Source: a bacterium
GTDB lineage: Bacteria; Patescibacteriota; Patescibacteriia; SG8-24
Assembly: GCA_021824285.1 (NCBI GenBank)
Contig: JAKAKZ010000004.1
Location: 225 to 64,224, forward strand
DNA length: 64,000 nucleotides
Direction: 5' to 3'
Each line of letters starts with the position of its first letter. Positions within the stretch are counted from its first letter, which is position 1. A program made the position numbers and the translations under genes. Below are positions 36,688 to 45,245 of the stretch, piece after piece. The notes beneath the pieces were generated by a model. That model was not told where the DNA came from. It worked only from the letters and a program-made list of their open reading frames with translations, and ran no database searches.

Positions 36688-38016
36688 ATGACCATTGCCA
36701 GCCACCGCCGTTCGACCAAACGCCTGCGCCCGCTCGCCGCCACCTTGGCGCTCAGCGCCGTTCTGGCGTTCACCGTGGCCCCGGTAGCCGGCTTCGCCCA
36801 GCAGGTTGATCGCTACGGCAACGACATGGGTGCGCAATACGCCGGCCAACCTTACAACGAACCGAACGCCACGACGGCCTATTCTTTTAGTCTTGGAGAG
36901 GATTGTGGCCTGCTGAACGTCGGGTATTCCTGCAACGCCAACACGAAATATTTCAAATGCAGGCCGAAAGACGGCGGCGCGACTTGCCAAGACATAAGTC
37001 CGGCCAAACAGCAGCCAGCCACACCGGAACCGGAGCAGATCCTGCCGAACCTATCCATACCGATTCCCGACCTGACGTTCAGCAACGCGGTAATCGCGAC
37101 CCAGGACGGGCAGGCCGGCATCCAAATCAACTGGATCGCCCAATGGATCCAGGCCGTCTACCGCTTCGGCATCGGTGTCGCGACCGTGCTTGCGGCCGTC
37201 ATGATGATGATCGGCGGCATCCAGTGGCTGACGGCCGGCGGCGACGCCAGCAAGGTCTCTGCGGCCAAAGAGAAGATCAGCGATGCGGTCATGGGCCTGG
37301 CGCTCTCGCTCGGCGTCTTCCTTATCCTGTCGCTCATCAATCCGGATATCCTGAACCTGAACTCGCTGTTTGTCAGCAAAGTCCCGGCCGACACGGTGGA
37401 CTCGCCCTTCAGCGGCACCATGACCGGCGCCAATGCCGCGAACTGCGCGGAGGCCGTAAAGGCGGCCCAAGCAGCGAAGTGCGCCTTCGCTGAGGGCATC
37501 GTCCCGGCATCGCCGGGCAGCTCGCTGGCCTGCAATTACCATTTCAGTACGCTGAACTATGACTACACGAAGATAAACATGGTGGACTACACTGGCAACT
37601 GGGGCTCCGTCATCACCGCGCCCATCAACGGAACAGTCAAATACACCAAAGCCGACGGCATCTGCGGCAATTCCATCAGGGTCATAAACAGCAACGGCTA
37701 CATTACCATCTGCCACGCGAAAGACTTCATCGGCGAGGATGGCAAGCAGCTGGCGAACGGGACCGCCGTCACGCAGGGCACTCCCCTTGGTCACGTCGGG
37801 GGCCGCTGCTGCAGCGGTGAGACCGTGCCCTCGAGCTGGACTCACCCGAATGCCGGCAGTTGGTGCCACTTCGACGGCCGCGCCTGCAACGATCCCAGTT
37901 CGGCGGAAAGCTGCGAATGCCAGACCTCGGCCCAATCCGGGCAGACCTCCGGCCCGCACCTGCATTTGACCTATCGGGGCTCGACTGGTTATCTGCTGTC
38001 CTGCATCAAGCAATAA
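36688..38016 (+). CDS. fusion protein: VirB2/TrbC-like pilin module plus C-terminal M23 (LytM) peptidase domain
   Basis: Signal peptide, a Cys-rich segment, and two TM helices around a short loop (IGGIQWLTAGGDASKV...VMGLALSLGVFLILSLINPDIL). The C-terminus carries HxxxD (ICHAKD) and HxH (GPHLHLT) M23 signatures. Confidence 0.6.
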   Translation: MTIASHRRSTKRLRPLAATLALSAVLAFTVAPVAGFAQQVDRYGNDMGAQYAGQPYNEPNATTAYSFSLGEDCGLLNVGYSCNANTKYFKCRPKDGGATCQDISPAKQQPATPEPEQILPNLSIPIPDLTFSNAVIATQDGQAGIQINWIAQWIQAVYRFGIGVATVLAAVMMMIGGIQWLTAGGDASKVSAAKEKISDAVMGLALSLGVFLILSLINPDILNLNSLFVSKVPADTVDSPFSGTMTGANAANCAEAVKAAQAAKCAFAEGIVPASPGSSLACNYHFSTLNYDYTKINMVDYTGNWGSVITAPINGTVKYTKADGICGNSIRVINSNGYITICHAKDFIGEDGKQLANGTAVTQGTPLGHVGGRCCSGETVPSSWTHPNAGSWCHFDGRACNDPSSAESCECQTSAQSGQTSGPHLHLTYRGSTGYLLSCIKQ

Positions 38017-38028
38017 TCCCCTCCGGCC

Positions 38029-39408
38029 ATGCCCAAAACCGCCGTTACCGCCGTCTACGTCTGCGCCCAATGCGACGCCCAGAGCCCGAAATGGAACGGG
38101 CAGTGCCTGGAATGCGGCACCTGGGGTTCGCTTCAGATCCAGGCCGCGCCGTCTAAGGCCGCGACCGCCAAAAAACTGGGTGCGCTCGTGGCCGCCTCCC
38201 CCATTACGGGTTTCGGCGATATCCGCGCCGAGGACGCCCGCCGCATCACCACCGGCATCGGCGAACTCGATCGCGTCTTCGGCGGCGGCATCGTACTTGG
38301 TTCCGTGACGCTTTTGGGCGGCGAGCCGGGCATCGGCAAATCCACGCTCTCCTTGGCGCTTGCCTCCTCCGTGGCCGCGCGCGGCCGCAAGACCCTCTAC
38401 GTCTCCGGCGAGGAGTCGGCCGCGCAAGTCAAGCTCCGCGCCGACCGGCTCGGCCTGCGCCAGGACGGGATATATTTCCTCGGCGAAACGGACGTGGACG
38501 CCATCATCGCCACACTCGAGAAGGAAGGAGCCGAATTCGCCGTCATCGACTCGGTCCAGACCCTGACTGCCGCGGAACTGCCGTCCGAGGCCGGCGCGAC
38601 CAACCAGGTACGCTACGCGGCCGCGCGGCTCGTCGGTTTCGCCAAGGCGCGCGGCGTACCGCTGATTGTCATCGGCCACGTCACGAAAGACGGCAACGTC
38701 GCCGGCCCGAAGACCCTCGAGCACGTGGTGGATACGGTGCTCTCTTTCGAAGGCGAACGCAGTCACCCGCTCCGCACGCTGCATTCGGCCAAGAACCGCT
38801 TCGGCTCCACGGACGAGACCGGCATCTTCGCCATGACCGAGACGGGACTCGCGGAAATCAAGAACCCGTCCGCCTACCTGCTCGACGAACGCCGTGCCGG
38901 CACGCCCGGTTCGGTCATCTGCTGCGTCATGGAAGGCACGCGCCCGATGCTCGTCGAGATACAGGCGCTCGTGCGGCACATGCAGTTCGGCTACCCGACG
39001 CGCCGCGCCACCGGTTTCGACCAGGCGCGCCTCGAAATGCTCGTGGCCGTGCTCGCCAAGCGCGGCGGCATCGACCTGGGCCAGCATGACGTCTACGTGA
39101 ACGTGGTCGGCGGACTGAAGGTCCGCGAACCCGCGGCTGATCTGGCCGTGCTCGCGGCCCTCGTTTCCGCGTATCGCGACCGGCCACTGCCGGACGATGC
39201 GGCGGCCTGGGGCGAAGTCGGCTTGGGCGGCGAGGTCCGCTCAGTGCTCTCGGCCGACCGGCGGCTTTCCGAGGCCGCGGCGCTCGGCGTCAAACGCGTC
39301 CTCACCTCTCTACCACGCTCCGGCAAGATGAAAATGCCGGACGGGCTAGGCATCACGGAGATTGGCACCGTGGCCCAGTTGGCCGCCGTTATCGGGAAGA
39401 AGAACTGA
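38029..39408 (+). CDS. radA: DNA repair protein RadA
   Basis: C4 zinc finger (CAQCDAQSPKWNGQCLECG), Walker A GGEPGIGKST, KNRFG motif, and a Lon-like C-domain. Confidence 0.9.
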   Translation: MPKTAVTAVYVCAQCDAQSPKWNGQCLECGTWGSLQIQAAPSKAATAKKLGALVAASPITGFGDIRAEDARRITTGIGELDRVFGGGIVLGSVTLLGGEPGIGKSTLSLALASSVAARGRKTLYVSGEESAAQVKLRADRLGLRQDGIYFLGETDVDAIIATLEKEGAEFAVIDSVQTLTAAELPSEAGATNQVRYAAARLVGFAKARGVPLIVIGHVTKDGNVAGPKTLEHVVDTVLSFEGERSHPLRTLHSAKNRFGSTDETGIFAMTETGLAEIKNPSAYLLDERRAGTPGSVICCVMEGTRPMLVEIQALVRHMQFGYPTRRATGFDQARLEMLVAVLAKRGGIDLGQHDVYVNVVGGLKVREPAADLAVLAALVSAYRDRPLPDDAAAWGEVGLGGEVRSVLSADRRLSEAAALGVKRVLTSLPRSGKMKMPDGLGITEIGTVAQLAAVIGKKN

Positions 39409-39465
39409 TGAGGCGTCGTGACGTCTGGTCAACCAAAAACGGCCCCGAGTGGGGCCGTTTCGCGT

Positions 39466-41541
39466 TCATTCCAGATGGACCTTGTTCAGTGCGTTAGAGG
39501 ATAGTACCGCTTCCGCCGTCTTCTCCTGCTCACCTCCCAACATAGCCACGGCGGCCTTCACTTCCTGGATGAGCCGGGCATCACCGAGCGAGGCCACCCG
39601 GAATCCCGGAAACCCGGATTGCAGCTCGCCCAAAAGTTCGCCGGGGCCGCGCATGGCCAAATCCTTTTCTGCGAGATCAAAACCGTCCTGCAGCTCGACC
39701 ATGGCGCGCAGCCGTTCCTTTTCCGCCGCTTCGTCGGTGGACGGCAGCAGCAGGCAGTAGGACTGGTGCTCGCTGCGGCCCACGCGGCCGCGGAACTGGT
39801 GCAGCTGGGCCAGTCCGAAGCGCTCGGCTCCGGAGATGCACATCACAGTGGCGTTCGGCACGTCGATTCCGACCTCCACCACCGAAGTGGACACGAGAGC
39901 CATGATCTTCCTTTCCAGAAAATCGCGCATCACGGCCTCCTTCTCCGCCGCCGCCAGGCGGCCATGCAGCAGACCGACCCCAATGCCGGGCAGCTCCACC
40001 TTGGACAGCCGATCGAATTCCTCTTCCGCGGACACCGTCTCCACCGCCTCCGACTCCTCGATGAGCGGACAGACCACGAAGGCCTGCCGACCAGCGGCTA
40101 TCTGTTCCCGGATGAAATCATAGGCGTCGGTGCGGCGGCTGGCCGGCACGAGCCGCGTCAGGATCGGTTTACGGTCCTTGGGTTTCTGCCGGAGCAGGGA
40201 AAGGTCCAAATCGCCGAGGACCGTGAGCGCCAGTGAGCGCGGGATGGGCGTCGCGGTCATGGACAGCAGGTGCGGCTCCACGCCTGGTTCCGCGCCCTTC
40301 TCGCAGAGCAATTGCCGGGCCCGGACGCCGAAGCGGTGCTGCTCGTCCACGACCGCCAGCGCCAGACGGCGGAACCCGACGGCTTCCTCAATAAGCGCGT
40401 GGGTCCCAACCACGACCGGCACGCGGCCGGCCGCGATATCGTCCGCCAGTCGCGCGGCCTCGGCCTTGTTGGCGCAGGCGAGCTCCTTGCCGTCCGCGAA
40501 GCAGCGGCGATAGGCGTTGGTCCAAAGCGCCACGGAAACCGGCTGGCCGGCGAAGACCTTCTTGAGCGACTCGTAATGCTGCTTGGCCAGGATTTCGGTC
40601 GGGGCCATAAGCGCGCTCTGGCAGCCCGAAGCGGCCGCGTTAATCATGGCGATGGCCGCGACCACGGTCTTGCCACTGCCCACATCGCCGTCGAGCAGGC
40701 GGTTCATGGGTGCGGCCTTAGCCATGTCGAGCAGCGCCTCCCAAGCGGCGCGCCGCTGGTCGTCCGTGAGGCGGAACGGTAGTGCGGCCACAAGACGCCG
40801 GGTGACGGCCTCGTCGAACCGTACCGGAATCCCCTTTTTACCCTGCCGCAGTCGGCGCAACTCGGCCATGGACAGCTCCAGACGGAACAGCTCGTCGAAA
40901 CCGAGACGGCGGCGGGCCGCATCGCGTCCGTCATGTGTCGCCGGAAAATGTGCCTCACGCACCGCCTCCGCCAGGCTGACCAGGCCGAAACGCCGCCGGA
41001 CCTGCCCAGGCAGCGTCTCCTCCAACTCTGCGGCAAGCGGTTCGGCCGTGCGCACCAGGCGGCGCATCAGCGCCTGGCTGATGCCCTTAGGCAAGGAATA
41101 GACCGGGAGGAGCGGCGACAGGTAGCCGCGTTCGCTTGTCGTCGGCTCATGCAGCGGACTGATAAGCCGGAGCCCGAATTTAGAGGCAGTCACCTTGCCG
41201 GCCAACCTATAGGTCGAGCCGACGGTGAGCGACTTCTGCAGATACGGCTGGTTGAACCAGAGTGCCGTCAGTTTCCCGCTGTCGTCCTTGAGGACGGCCT
41301 CCGTGAGCGACATGCGCCGGCCCCAGGCCCGGCGGCTGCGGACCTTCTCCACTTCGGCGATGACCGTAACCTGCTCCCCCGCTCGCGCGTCGGCCAACTT
41401 CACGCAGCGGCTGAAATCCTCATAGCGGAACGGGAAATGGAAAAGCAGATCGCGCACGGTGCGGATTTCGATGGAGTTCAGGGCGGAAATGGCGCTGCGG
41501 CTTTTCGGGCTCAAGACCGAGACCGGGCTGGAGAGGTCCAT
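39466..41541 (-). CDS. recG: ATP-dependent DNA helicase RecG
   Basis: 691 aa with wedge domain, DVGSGKT Walker A, DEQHRFGV and helicase C motifs. Confidence 0.9.
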   Translation of the reverse strand: MDLSSPVSVLSPKSRSAISALNSIEIRTVRDLLFHFPFRYEDFSRCVKLADARAGEQVTVIAEVEKVRSRRAWGRRMSLTEAVLKDDSGKLTALWFNQPYLQKSLTVGSTYRLAGKVTASKFGLRLISPLHEPTTSERGYLSPLLPVYSLPKGISQALMRRLVRTAEPLAAELEETLPGQVRRRFGLVSLAEAVREAHFPATHDGRDAARRRLGFDELFRLELSMAELRRLRQGKKGIPVRFDEAVTRRLVAALPFRLTDDQRRAAWEALLDMAKAAPMNRLLDGDVGSGKTVVAAIAMINAAASGCQSALMAPTEILAKQHYESLKKVFAGQPVSVALWTNAYRRCFADGKELACANKAEAARLADDIAAGRVPVVVGTHALIEEAVGFRRLALAVVDEQHRFGVRARQLLCEKGAEPGVEPHLLSMTATPIPRSLALTVLGDLDLSLLRQKPKDRKPILTRLVPASRRTDAYDFIREQIAAGRQAFVVCPLIEESEAVETVSAEEEFDRLSKVELPGIGVGLLHGRLAAAEKEAVMRDFLERKIMALVSTSVVEVGIDVPNATVMCISGAERFGLAQLHQFRGRVGRSEHQSYCLLLPSTDEAAEKERLRAMVELQDGFDLAEKDLAMRGPGELLGELQSGFPGFRVASLGDARLIQEVKAAVAMLGGEQEKTAEAVLSSNALNKVHLE

Positions 41542-41559
41542 ATGCGCCTATATCGTATC

Positions 41560-41571
41560 GGGGACTGTCCC
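41560..41571. promoter_or_regulatory. GGGGACTGTCCC palindrome about 20 bp upstream of the recG start. The same 12-mer occurs twice at 54541-54578.
   Basis: Perfect dyad GGGAC-T-GTCCC, candidate operator. Confidence 0.35.
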
Positions 41572-41625
41572 ATTTAGGCAAAAATCAATCAAACGAAAAA
41601 CACCGGTGTTCCCGGTGTTTTCCGA

Positions 41626-41724
41626 TGGTGCGCCCGGCACGATTCCCCCGCCACCCATCTTTAGTCAAAGAAGGCGGGGTCCCGCCAACGGCGGGAGAAC
41701 GTGCGACCTCATCCTCCGCAGGGG
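41626..41724 (-). pseudogene. duplicated 3' fragment of tRNA-Arg (anticodon arm to CCA) with a family-A element inserted in the T-loop
   Basis: Matches tRNA-Arg positions about 29-76 plus 45 nt of downstream flank including the terminator. The T-loop attc|gaa is split by the 52-nt ccccgcc...ggcggga element at 41646-41697. Confidence 0.5.
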
Positions 41725-41912
41725 TCAGGCGCGAGACACGCAGCGCCTGGCGGGCGGCAAAAGCCGCCCGGGCTTGTCGGTTCTGTTTTTTGACCGAGCC
41801 GAAGGCGAGAAATACGCGCACGGCCTGACCAATATGACACATCGGCTGGTGGGACGGCTCCAGGCGCATCCCTGCGAAAACAGAAAACACCGGTGTTCCC
41901 GGTGTCCTCCGA

Positions 41913-41990
41913 TGGTGCGCCCGGCACGATTCGAACGTGCGACCTCATCCTCCGCAGGGATGCGCTCTATCCAAACTGAGCTACGGGCGC
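41913..41990 (-). tRNA. tRNA-Arg (anticodon read as GCG)
   Basis: Cloverleaf: acceptor GCGCCCG/CGGGCGC, D-arm GCTC-AGTTTGGATA-GAGC, anticodon stem CATCC/GGATG with loop CTGCGGA, T-arm GCACG-TTCGAAT-CGTGC, encoded CCA. A terminator hairpin follows. Confidence 0.7.
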
Positions 41991-42124
41991 GGCTTATTTT
42001 CTGCTTCCAAAGAAGGGGCTAACCGGCTCGGCGGCGACTTCCCCGCCCCAAGACTGACGCCGAATACGATAACACAACTCCCCAATTTTGGGAAGGGGCT
42101 TACCGTCCGACCGGTAGACTAACT

Positions 42125-42646
42125 CTAGAGCTTAAGGAAACGCCCGATGAAATCGCTGGCCGTTGGCTGAGTATTGATGCGGTCCTCCTTCAAAAACCTA
42201 CCCAGGATAGGCCGAATCTCCTCCGGCAGGACATCCGACAGGTCGATGCCGACCTCGCCCTTGAACAGGTCGCGGGTGCGCAAATAGACGCTCTGAACCA
42301 CGGGCGGCTCATAGACTACACGGAAACTTTCAATGGAAGAAAAGGGCAGGAACTCGCGGCCGATCTGTATTCCGCGTTCCGTAATGGCCATCCGCAGGAC
42401 ACGCGGTTCAGCGGCCGCGTTCAGGTAAATGACCAGGGCGAACAGCAGGATAAGCAGGGCGAACAGGAAGTTCGCAGTCGCGACGGCGTAGATGAGCAGG
42501 GCGATGCCCAAACCGGCGGAAATGCCGTACCAAAGCAGGCCGCGCTCATAGTGCGGCCGTTCCGAAAACTCCCAGGCGATCAGCACCTGCGGCTCCATAA
42601 GCTCGGCTACCTCTGTGGTCGCTTGGTCCTGAACTTGGTCGGTCAT
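42125..42646 (-). CDS. membrane protein with bacterial PH (YdbS/YdbT-like) domain
   Basis: 173 aa with a two-TM hairpin, then a beta-rich region (FRVVYEPPVVQSVYLRTRD...). Confidence 0.55.
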   Translation of the reverse strand: MTDQVQDQATTEVAELMEPQVLIAWEFSERPHYERGLLWYGISAGLGIALLIYAVATANFLFALLILLFALVIYLNAAAEPRVLRMAITERGIQIGREFLPFSSIESFRVVYEPPVVQSVYLRTRDLFKGEVGIDLSDVLPEEIRPILGRFLKEDRINTQPTASDFIGRFLKL

Positions 42647-42760
42647 AAGCTTATTTAGGCTAACGCCTACCTCTTATTTATAGCGTATTCCGGTCATCTT
42701 GACAAAAGGCCCTAAATGGGCTAAGCTACGCAGTTCTTTAAACATGGAAAGGAGAACGGC

Positions 42761-43600
42761 GTGTTCGCGAACGAGTTTGGTATCCTGCCGCAGCTGTCTG
42801 ACCAAGAGGAACCGATTCCCCTCCCCGGAGGGGTGGCCGACGAGAAACTGCTCGGCACCATCAACCACGTCCTGCGCCAGCACGGGCTCGACTCCTGGAC
42901 GGCGATCCAGTTGGGCCGGCCCGACCGGTGCGAGGTCATCGACCTGAACGGCTACGCGACGCTCAACCCGGGCCGCGTCCGACTCAACCTGAAGATCAAG
43001 GACGGCGACCAGACCTACGATACGCACCTCAACGTCGGCGGCCGGTTCGCCTTCGTCATCCCGATCGTGACCCTCACGGAGCGGGACGCGAGCATCCGCC
43101 CGGAAGACGAGGGGCTGCATCTGCTGACTCGCTCGCGTCTCGAGGGGCGCCAGGAGGAGGCCGGCTGGCTGAAGACGTTCGGACCCGAAGAGGCCGCCAC
43201 CATCCGGCAGTTCCACCTGCTGGGAACTTCCTGGGAGGCGCCGCGCAAGCTGCTCATGGAGTTCGACGAGAACCGCGAACTGGATCCGTTCGCCGGACCG
43301 GCCCGCGAGGTGCTGCAGAGCGCCTTCGGCGACGACTACGTGGCGGCTTTGGACCAGGCGTCAGTGATGCCGCTCGGCGCGCTGCGCATCAAGGGCGAGT
43401 TCGCCTTGGCCCGCGCCTACTTCTTCCGCGCCTGCATCTACGGCAAGCTCAGCTGGAACGACCTGCGAGGCCGCGTGATCCGCATTCCGCTCAAGAAGGT
43501 CAGGCCGGCGCTCAATCGGCTGGCTGGCCTCGCGGACACCGAGACCTTCGCCGTGCTGTCCTCCGCCATCCTCAAGGCACCGGCCGGAACCTTCGGCTAA
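42761..43600 (+). CDS. hypothetical protein
   Basis: 279 aa with a GTG start after AAGGAG and a TTGACA-17-TAAGCT promoter-like sequence upstream. No family recognised. Confidence 0.55.
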   Translation: MFANEFGILPQLSDQEEPIPLPGGVADEKLLGTINHVLRQHGLDSWTAIQLGRPDRCEVIDLNGYATLNPGRVRLNLKIKDGDQTYDTHLNVGGRFAFVIPIVTLTERDASIRPEDEGLHLLTRSRLEGRQEEAGWLKTFGPEEAATIRQFHLLGTSWEAPRKLLMEFDENRELDPFAGPAREVLQSAFGDDYVAALDQASVMPLGALRIKGEFALARAYFFRACIYGKLSWNDLRGRVIRIPLKKVRPALNRLAGLADTETFAVLSSAILKAPAGTFG

Positions 43601-43826
43601 ACAGCCGCTTTTGACCCCCTTTCGGGGGTCTTTTTTATAGATTAGGCCTTCACAAAGGGCGTCAGATGTATTAGGATACCGCTTGCCGAATGGAGGGTTG
43701 CGCCGAATGGGTCGCCGTGAGACATCGAACGGCGACGGGCGGCAAAAGACGCCCTGGCTTCCCGGCTCATTTTTTTGACCGAGGCGGAGCCGAGACCTAT
43801 AGGTTCTTTTGACCAAACTAACGCAT

Positions 43827-43915
43827 GGAGGGTTGCGCCGAATGGTAAGGCAACAGTTTGCTAAACTGTGACCTCGAAAGGGGTCTTATAGGTTCGATTC
43901 CTATACCCTCCGCCA
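43827..43915 (+). tRNA. tRNA-Ser (anticodon GCT), class II with long variable arm
   Basis: Acceptor GGAGGGT/ACCCTCC, anticodon stem ACAGT/ACTGT with loop TTGCTAA, variable arm GACCTCGAAAGGGGTC, T-arm ATAGG-TTCGATT-CCTAT, encoded CCA. The D-arm is slightly irregular in my hand fold. Confidence 0.7.
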
Positions 43916-43920
43916 CGCAA

Positions 43921-43950
43921 AAACCGGAGCCTTCTGGCCCCGGTTTTTGC
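43921..43950 (+). terminator. terminator-like hairpin after tRNA-Ser
   Basis: aaaaaccggagcc-ttct-ggccccggttttt. Confidence 0.45.
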
Positions 43951-44049
43951 GTTGTCAGACTGGCTCACGTTCCAGCTAACCCGCCTGATTTTCGGATCAT
44001 GACTACTCCCCTGTCCGCCCACTCGGCCACCCATGTTTACTTTTAAAGC

Positions 44050-44148
44050 GGAGGGGGTGAGATTCCCCCGCCACCCATCTCTAGTCAGAGAAGGCGGGGT
44101 CCCGCCCCAAAGGCGGGAGAACTCACGGACCCTTGCGGGTCAACAGTT
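44050..44148 (-). pseudogene. duplicated 3' fragment of tRNA-Ser(TGA) with a family-A element inserted in the T-loop
   Basis: gagattc|[ccccgcc...ggcggga at 44066-44120]|gaactcacggacccttgcgggtcaacagtt. The insertion point in the T-loop is the same as in the tRNA-Arg fragment. Confidence 0.5.
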
Positions 44149-44164
44149 TGGCCGCCTGACGACT

Positions 44165-44230
44165 TTCCGGCGGAGGGGGTGAGATTTGAACTCACGGTGC
44201 CTTTCGGCACGGCAGTTTTCAAGACTGCTG
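44165..44230 (-). pseudogene. second tRNA-Ser-like 3' fragment (anticodon arm, variable arm, T-arm, acceptor 3' strand), sequence-variant paralog
   Basis: Reverse complement reads GCAGT-CTTGAAA-ACTGC CGTGCCGAAAGGCACC GTGAG-TTCAAAT-CTCAC CCCCTCC. No matching 5' acceptor strand upstream. Confidence 0.45.
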
Positions 44231-44349
44231 CCTTGTTCGGCTCGACAATAATCTGAAGGTCTCGCCGAACACCAGGGCAGCCAATGCTGCCCGCAGACGC
44301 TGCGTCAACTCGCGTCCGCCCACTCGGCCACCCATGTTTACTTTTAAAG

Positions 44350-44434
44350 CGGAGGGGGTGAGATTCGAACTCACGGACCCTTGCGGGTCAACAGTTTTCA
44401 AGACTGTCCTCTTAAACCGCTCGAGCACCCCTCC
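44350..44434 (-). tRNA. tRNA-Ser (anticodon TGA), class II
   Basis: GGAGGGG-TG-CTC-GAGCGGTTTAA-GAG-G-ACAGT-CTTGAAA-ACTGT-TGACCCGCAAGGGTCC-GTGAG-TTCGAAT-CTCAC-CCCCTCC-G. CCA is not encoded. Confidence 0.75.
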
Positions 44435-44489
44435 ACCCTAAAAATAAACTCCGCGGCTATCCTATTATATATGAAGGGGTTTGTTAAGC

Positions 44490-45245
44490 CTATCGGCCTA
44501 AACCTGGGCCGCCGCGCAAGACGGCCAAGGCGTACACTTGGCGCGCTCCTGCGGTTTTAAGCGCTGCGGCGCAGTCGTTCAAGGTAGCCCCGGAAGTTAG
44601 GACGTCGTCCACCAACAGGCAGGATGGGGGGACGCTCTGGCCAAGCCGCGCGGCAAAACTGCCGGCCCGCAGGCGGCGGCGATCAGCTTCGGGCGTGGCG
44701 GCCTGCCGCCGCAAAGAGAAGCGGCGGCGCAGCAATCCCACCTCGCATTCGGTGCCGAAATGCTCTGCAAAGGCGCGGGCCAGAACCGCCGCCTGATTGA
44801 AGCCGCGCAGGGCCAGGCGATACGGATGGAGCGGCACCGGCACGGCGACCGCCAGGGGCGCCAGTCCACGCCAGAACGGCGATGAATCCCAAGCTGCGCG
44901 GCAGAGGCCAAGAAGGGCACGGCCTTCCGCGAGGCCACCCTCGTACTTCCAGCGGCGCAGCAGCGTGCCCAGCGCCGGTTCCGCGTACGAACCAAGATAC
45001 ACGGCCCCATCGAGCGGCGACTTTCCGCACAAGCGCCGACCGCAGCGGCCGAGCAGCGCCGTATGCCGACCGCAGCCGGGACAAACAAAAACGGCCGCCA
45101 GGCGGCCGCTGATCTTGGCTCGACACCCGTCGCACATGACCGGCCCTTCGGAACCGCAACCGGAACAGCGGTCAGGAAAGACCGCCGCGAGTACCGTCCT
45201 CAATAATTCCTTTTCTCTCCCCAATCCACGGAATCCGTCTTCCAT
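44490..45245 (-). CDS. comF: ComF-family protein (competence, phosphoribosyltransferase domain)
   Basis: N-terminal Cys4 zinc finger (CSGCG...CDGC...CPGCG) and the PRTase motif LLVDDVLTSGATL. Confidence 0.8.
   Translation of the reverse strand: MEDGFRGLGREKELLRTVLAAVFPDRCSGCGSEGPVMCDGCRAKISGRLAAVFVCPGCGRHTALLGRCGRRLCGKSPLDGAVYLGSYAEPALGTLLRRWKYEGGLAEGRALLGLCRAAWDSSPFWRGLAPLAVAVPVPLHPYRLALRGFNQAAVLARAFAEHFGTECEVGLLRRRFSLRRQAATPEADRRRLRAGSFAARLGQSVPPSCLLVDDVLTSGATLNDCAAALKTAGARQVYALAVLRGGPGLGR

Noticed and set aside
44165-44335. Intron-containing tRNA-Ser spanning the D-loop-like tggccgagtgg at about 44300-44330 and the 3' fragment at 44165-44230
   Set aside because: No 5' acceptor strand complementary to CCCCTCC is present upstream. 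The D-loop-like stretch is part of the duplicated flank also found at 44015-44050, so a fragment is the simpler explanation.
41600-44440. Integrated prophage or ICE at the tRNA genes
   Set aside because: att-like duplicated tRNA 3' ends are present, but the intervening DNA is only 0.2-1.6 kb, with no integrase, recombinase or phage genes. It is treated as scars or an islet rather than an intact mobile element.
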